Virus record (IMG/VR): IMGVR_UViG_3300038427_000658
Origin: a virus
DNA length: 38,109 bases
Strand: one strand, 5' to 3'
Positions 34,369 through 38,109 of the stretch are shown piece after piece. The notes under the pieces are model-generated. The model saw only the letters and a list, made by a program, of their open reading frames with translations, was not told the origin of the DNA and did no database searches. A program made the translations under genes and the position numbers. Every line of letters begins with the position of its first letter. Within the stretch, counting starts at the first letter, position 1.

Positions 34369-34898
34369 TGCCTGATTCTGAGATTAAGCTTACACGTGTG
34401 CCGATCAACACGAAGTGTGCTGATGCTGATTGCGGTAAGCCTTTGCCTTTCGGCACTTGGGCTCATTGGCATGCTGATTCTAAGCAGGCGATTTGTATCG
34501 AGTGTGGCGCTAAACGGGGTTGGACGGATAAAGACCGCGCGAACAACATTATCAAGAAACTCGAGCTCCAGGAAGACATCAAAGCCTTGCGTAAGCAACA
34601 GAAGGTTGAAGCTGACGCGTTGTATCTTCTGAGGGAACAGGTTGATTTGCACCGGCTCGGCGAGCGTAGTCTTGACTTGGAGAAGCAGATTGTCGCGTTG
34701 ATGTCGAAGGTTAACAGTTACCTTAGCAAAGTTGCGACTGCTGAGGAGAAGGCTGCTTTGAAACAGGTTTATGAGGAAATTAAAGGTACGCAGGAGCTTC
34801 AGGGCGAGATTCGGGAGCAGCTTGAGAGTAGGTTGTTTTTGCTTGAGCGTGAGGAACGGAAGGTTAAGAAGCGTACGGTTCCGAAGGTGGTTGCGTAA
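34368..34898 (+). CDS. Zn-finger plus coiled-coil protein
   Basis: CADADCGK...CIECG followed by a long coiled coil. Confidence 0.7.
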   Translation: MPDSEIKLTRVPINTKCADADCGKPLPFGTWAHWHADSKQAICIECGAKRGWTDKDRANNIIKKLELQEDIKALRKQQKVEADALYLLREQVDLHRLGERSLDLEKQIVALMSKVNSYLSKVATAEEKAALKQVYEEIKGTQELQGEIREQLESRLFLLEREERKVKKRTVPKVVA

Positions 34899-35075
34899 AT
34901 GCCGAAGGATAAGTCTGAGAAAATCGTTTACGTCTGCTCTATCGCTTGTCCTGGTTGCAAGCAGAATATCGATGTCTTGAAGAAAGTTAGAATTATTGCT
35001 CCTGCGGAGAAGGCTGTGAAAGAAGAGTTGTATTACGCTGCGAAGAGTTCTCAAACACTTTTGCCTGGAGCGTAA
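34899..35075 (+). CDS. Small CxxC protein (58 aa)
   Basis: Manual translation MPKDKSEKIVYVCSIACPGCKQNIDV... Confidence 0.6.
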   Translation: MPKDKSEKIVYVCSIACPGCKQNIDVLKKVRIIAPAEKAVKEELYYAAKSSQTLLPGA

Positions 35076-35082
35076 GATAGTA

Positions 35083-35463
35083 ATGTTGCAGCAGGACTTG
35101 TTGTCTCGATCAAGCGTTACTGAGAAATTGTCGACGTGGCGGCCTCAAGTTATTCCTTTGCAGGAGAATGAGTCGGAGGCTTACCGGAAACTCGTTTGTG
35201 AGGCTGTTTTTAATTACTGGAAGTTTAAGCATCGGCCTTGCAGTCTAGTGGAGATTTTCGAGTTTGTGACGGCGAAAGTGGAGGCTTTGCGTAAACTTGA
35301 CGAGTGGCCGTTCAAAGCGTATCGTGGTAGACGTACTGTGGACCGTCGCGTTAACGAAGCGAGTTCGCCTCAATTTTACGCAGATAACATAGCTCGTATT
35401 GTCGCGGTTACAGCCGGCATCTACCAACCAAACCCTCAATATTCGGTGGAGGCGTCTGTTTGA
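35083..35463 (+). CDS. Hypothetical protein
   Basis: 126-aa ORF in the operon. Confidence 0.65.
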   Translation: MLQQDLLSRSSVTEKLSTWRPQVIPLQENESEAYRKLVCEAVFNYWKFKHRPCSLVEIFEFVTAKVEALRKLDEWPFKAYRGRRTVDRRVNEASSPQFYADNIARIVAVTAGIYQPNPQYSVEASV

Positions 35464-35633
35464 TTTTTGCGGTTAGTCGGAAGGTTCTTGAAGCTTTACT
35501 GGCTGATCCTGTTTGGCTTAAACGTGCCCAGGACTGCCAGAATTTTAAGGATTTGCAGAAAGTTATTGTTGATTTTGGCATGGAAAAGGGCTTCGTAGTT
35601 AAGGACCTTGATAAGCAAGAGGTGGCTGCCTGA
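35460..35633 (+). CDS. Small hypothetical protein (57 aa)
   Basis: TTG overlapping the previous stop; its TGA overlaps the next ATG. Confidence 0.55.
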   Translation: MIFAVSRKVLEALLADPVWLKRAQDCQNFKDLQKVIVDFGMEKGFVVKDLDKQEVAA

Positions 35634-36781
35634 TGATTCCAGTTATGCAAGCGGCTCCGAAACCAGTAACGATTAACTGGTTGAAAGAAACGTTTGGTCC
35701 TTCTTTGAATGTGGCGCCGTATGGCGAGTGCATTGTTATTCAGGGCGATAAGTTTGATCCTGATTGGGAAGCTGAGCTCGCGGATCAGAGCTTTAAGTGT
35801 CATTTTGGCGACTTGGATGGCCATGCTGTTACGTTTGTGCAACTCAAGAGGGTTGCTGCTGAGGGTAAAGTGGTTTATGTTCCGCCTAAGAAGCCTGCGG
35901 TTATTCCTGAAGTTCATGATAATGGGGAGGTGAAAGAAACGGAGAAAACAGTTGAAGTTGAGAAGAGAAAGTATGCTTTGAGAGGTCCTGCCTGGACAGA
36001 TGAAGATGAGGTTGAGCTTCTAAAAGAGCATGATCGTTTAGTTTCTGAGGGTTTGACGCGTAATTTTCATAAAGCGATTGCTAGGTTGCCCAAGTTTAAG
36101 GGACGTTCCGTTAGTGGGATTGAACAGAAGCTTAAGCGGTTGCTGAGGAAACGTAGGAAAGGTGAAACGACTGGGGGTCCTAAAGCAGAAAAGGTAGAGA
36201 AGCGGAATCAAGGAAATCCTCACCCAACAATGTCTTGGCTTAACGATGCTGAATTCTGGTCGCCTGAAGAGGACGCTTTGATAATCGAACTTTGGAAAAA
36301 GGACTTAACTCTTGCAGAAATCAGCGTTGAAGTGAATAAGAAGTATCCCAAACGTATTGGAAAGGCTGCTGTTGCTCGCGTTTATCAACTTCAGGGAAAG
36401 GGTGCGATTGAGAAGCGGCATAAGCCAAAATTAAAGGTTGCTAAGTCTCCAGAGACTACAGAGACTACAAAGACTACAAAGACTACAAAGACTACAAAGA
36501 CTACAGAGAGCGAAAAGAGCACAGAAACATCGATTGAAGTTAAGGGCCTCAGTGTTATCGAGCTTATTCAGGTTAAAATTTTGGCTGCCTTTGACGAAAT
36601 TAAAGCTGTCAGAGACGTTGTTAATGCAAATGCTGATAGTTTAGCAGCCAGAAACGTAGCACTCAATAATTTAGAAAAAGAACTAACAAGAAGTATCGCT
36701 GAGTTACGCAAGGATCTTGTTAGGCATAAGCATGCTATTGGTTCTGGTGAGGCGATGTTGCCCATGGAGGCTTCTAGTTAG
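35633..36781 (+). CDS. Protein with two Myb/SANT-like HTH repeats, a Thr/Lys tandem repeat and a coiled coil
   Basis: WTDEDEVELLK... and WSPEEDALIIELWK... Myb-like starts. Confidence 0.7.
   Translation: MIPVMQAAPKPVTINWLKETFGPSLNVAPYGECIVIQGDKFDPDWEAELADQSFKCHFGDLDGHAVTFVQLKRVAAEGKVVYVPPKKPAVIPEVHDNGEVKETEKTVEVEKRKYALRGPAWTDEDEVELLKEHDRLVSEGLTRNFHKAIARLPKFKGRSVSGIEQKLKRLLRKRRKGETTGGPKAEKVEKRNQGNPHPTMSWLNDAEFWSPEEDALIIELWKKDLTLAEISVEVNKKYPKRIGKAAVARVYQLQGKGAIEKRHKPKLKVAKSPETTETTKTTKTTKTTKTTESEKSTETSIEVKGLSVIELIQVKILAAFDEIKAVRDVVNANADSLAARNVALNNLEKELTRSIAELRKDLVRHKHAIGSGEAMLPMEASS
36450..36509 (+). repeat. 9-bp tandem repeat CA(G/A)AGACTA, six full units plus a partial
   Basis: Directly visible; encodes ETTETTKTTKTTKTTKTTES. 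Confidence 0.95.
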
Positions 36782-38109
36782 TGGTTTCTGAGGAGCAGTT
36801 GGCTGCTGGGGAGGGATTGGCTGGTCTTGCACATTCCCAGGGAAGCATATTTGGCAGACCTGAAGCCGGTTCTAATCTTGGTAAGTCGGGATTTGTAGAG
36901 GGTTCCGCCGGCGCCAGCCCCCTATGCCCTCAATGTCATTCTAAGAGTGTTTGGCGTGATGGCTTGCGTTCTCCTATGTTTGGTGAGTCGATTCAGCGTT
37001 GGCTTTGCCGTGATTGTGCCTACAGGTTTAGTGACCCTGTAGACGTTGAAAGGGCTAAGAAGGCGTTTGAAGCGGTTGAGATGCTTGAATCGAAGGCATT
37101 AAAAAGCGACGTGGACATATCTAGCGACCGCCAAATATGCGTCATGGAGACGAAAAACTTGGTTGCGGAACAACAAATAGTTGTATTTCCGCAGAGAAGT
37201 GAAGTGGACCTGAAAGGCGCTATCGTTGATTTCGCTTGGCTGTTAAAGAAGGAAAACAAAGCTGAAGGCACCATTAGAAACTATGACTATTCGTTGCAAG
37301 AGTTAGTTCACGTTGGTATTGACCTTTTCAATCCTGAAGCTTTCCGCGAAAAAATGCCGTTGCAGACTCAATGGAGTGAAACTAGGAAATATTGCTTAAC
37401 TAAGGCTTACCGGTGCTTCCTTAATCATCATGGTATCAAGGTTGTGCTTCCTAAATACAAAGTGACGCGTTCTTTGCCTTACATTCCGCCTGAAGAGCAT
37501 CTTGATCAAATTATTGCTTGTGCAAATCAAATGTTAGCTGTTTGGTTGCAGACTCTTAAAGAAACTGCTGCGAGGCCTATTGAAGCTTGGAAGATTGAGC
37601 GAGATGACTTGGACGTTGATGCTAAAAAACTGCATATATCGCATCCTGCAAAGGGTGGTAACCCTCGGATTTTGAGGGTTTCCGAGAAGCTTGTGCGCAT
37701 GTATCTTTCTTTGTTGAATACTTTGCCTCAAACGCAGAAACGAGTCTTCGGCTATAAATCACTGTTCTACATTGGAAAAACGTTCCGTCGGACACGCAAG
37801 CATGCTATTCAAAAATTCGGCAATCCTGAGTTGCGCAAAATAGACTTTTACACGAATAGGTATTGGCGGGCAACGATGGAGTATCGGCGGACTGGTGATT
37901 TCGGTGCTGTCATGGTTTTGCTTGGCCATAAATCATTAAAGTATGTGCTGTTGTATGCGCAGTTGGCTGAGACGTATGGCGGCAATGAAGAGTATGTTTG
38001 CAAGGATGCTCACACGCGGCAGGAAGCAATGCAACTCATTGAGGCAGGCTTCGATTACGTTATGTCAGATAAGGAGGGCGTTAGCCTTTTCAGAAAACTT
38101 AAATATTAA
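36781..38109 (+). CDS. int: Tyrosine recombinase/integrase with an N-terminal Zn ribbon
   Basis: CPQC...CRDC Zn ribbon; catalytic R (TAARPIEA), K (PAKGG), YTNR in place of HxxR, LLGH, terminal LLY. Confidence 0.9.
   Translation: MVSEEQLAAGEGLAGLAHSQGSIFGRPEAGSNLGKSGFVEGSAGASPLCPQCHSKSVWRDGLRSPMFGESIQRWLCRDCAYRFSDPVDVERAKKAFEAVEMLESKALKSDVDISSDRQICVMETKNLVAEQQIVVFPQRSEVDLKGAIVDFAWLLKKENKAEGTIRNYDYSLQELVHVGIDLFNPEAFREKMPLQTQWSETRKYCLTKAYRCFLNHHGIKVVLPKYKVTRSLPYIPPEEHLDQIIACANQMLAVWLQTLKETAARPIEAWKIERDDLDVDAKKLHISHPAKGGNPRILRVSEKLVRMYLSLLNTLPQTQKRVFGYKSLFYIGKTFRRTRKHAIQKFGNPELRKIDFYTNRYWRATMEYRRTGDFGAVMVLLGHKSLKYVLLYAQLAETYGGNEEYVCKDAHTRQEAMQLIEAGFDYVMSDKEGVSLFRKLKY

Larger units (their letters stand above)
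1398..38109 (+). mobile_element. Integrated archaeal tailed virus (provirus), siphovirus-like; right att site lies outside the window
   Basis: Complete head-neck-tail gene run, terminase, tyrosine integrase at the right end, tRNA fragment at the left end, and compositional shift relative to 1-1400. Confidence 0.9.

Noticed and set aside
36781-37000. SSV1-type integrase split by an internal attP
   Set aside because: The integrase ORF is intact, and I found no tRNA-like sequence within it and no N-terminal fragment at the left border
1759-37731. Numerous antisense or alternate-frame ORFs in the track (e.g. 1759-2175, 2360-2863, 10582-11043, 13110-13505, 33745-35054, 35408-35917)
   Set aside because: They are shadows of well-supported genes on the other strand or frame, favoured by the strand compositional bias, and show no motifs

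Overview
The window holds a short AT-rich host flank (about 1-1400) followed by an apparently near-complete ~36.7 kb integrated tailed virus (provirus, Caudoviricetes-type) of an archaeon. The host is most likely Bathyarchaeia, judged from my recognition of host-type protein families rather than a database search. Layout: a 5' tRNA-Pro-like fragment (candidate attL); an early/modification block (DNA MTase-like gene, DUF5131, wHTH, RHH, and a tRNA with a CAT anticodon); packaging and head genes (TerL, portal, MuF-like, protease-scaffold, decoration protein, HK97-type capsid); neck and tail genes of siphovirus type (tube, chaperone with a -1 frameshift, short tape measure, hub); glycoside-hydrolase-like cargo; an ABC-ATPase-GNAT fusion; a divergent pair of paralogous RHH regulators; and a tyrosine integrase ending exactly at the window edge. 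The most unusual signals are: (i) a dispersed 35-38 bp quasi-palindromic element (TACTACGTACAT-N11-14-ATGTACGTGGTA), with at least 13 arm copies, mostly just downstream of genes and bracketing the tRNA; (ii) a neck-position structural gene fused to a domain whose close paralog is a membrane-anchored surface protein elsewhere in the provirus; (iii) a G10 tract that frameshifts the gene coupled to the methyltransferase; (iv) a CI/Cro-like switch built from two RHH paralogs. All family calls come from motif recognition by eye, and no searches were run.
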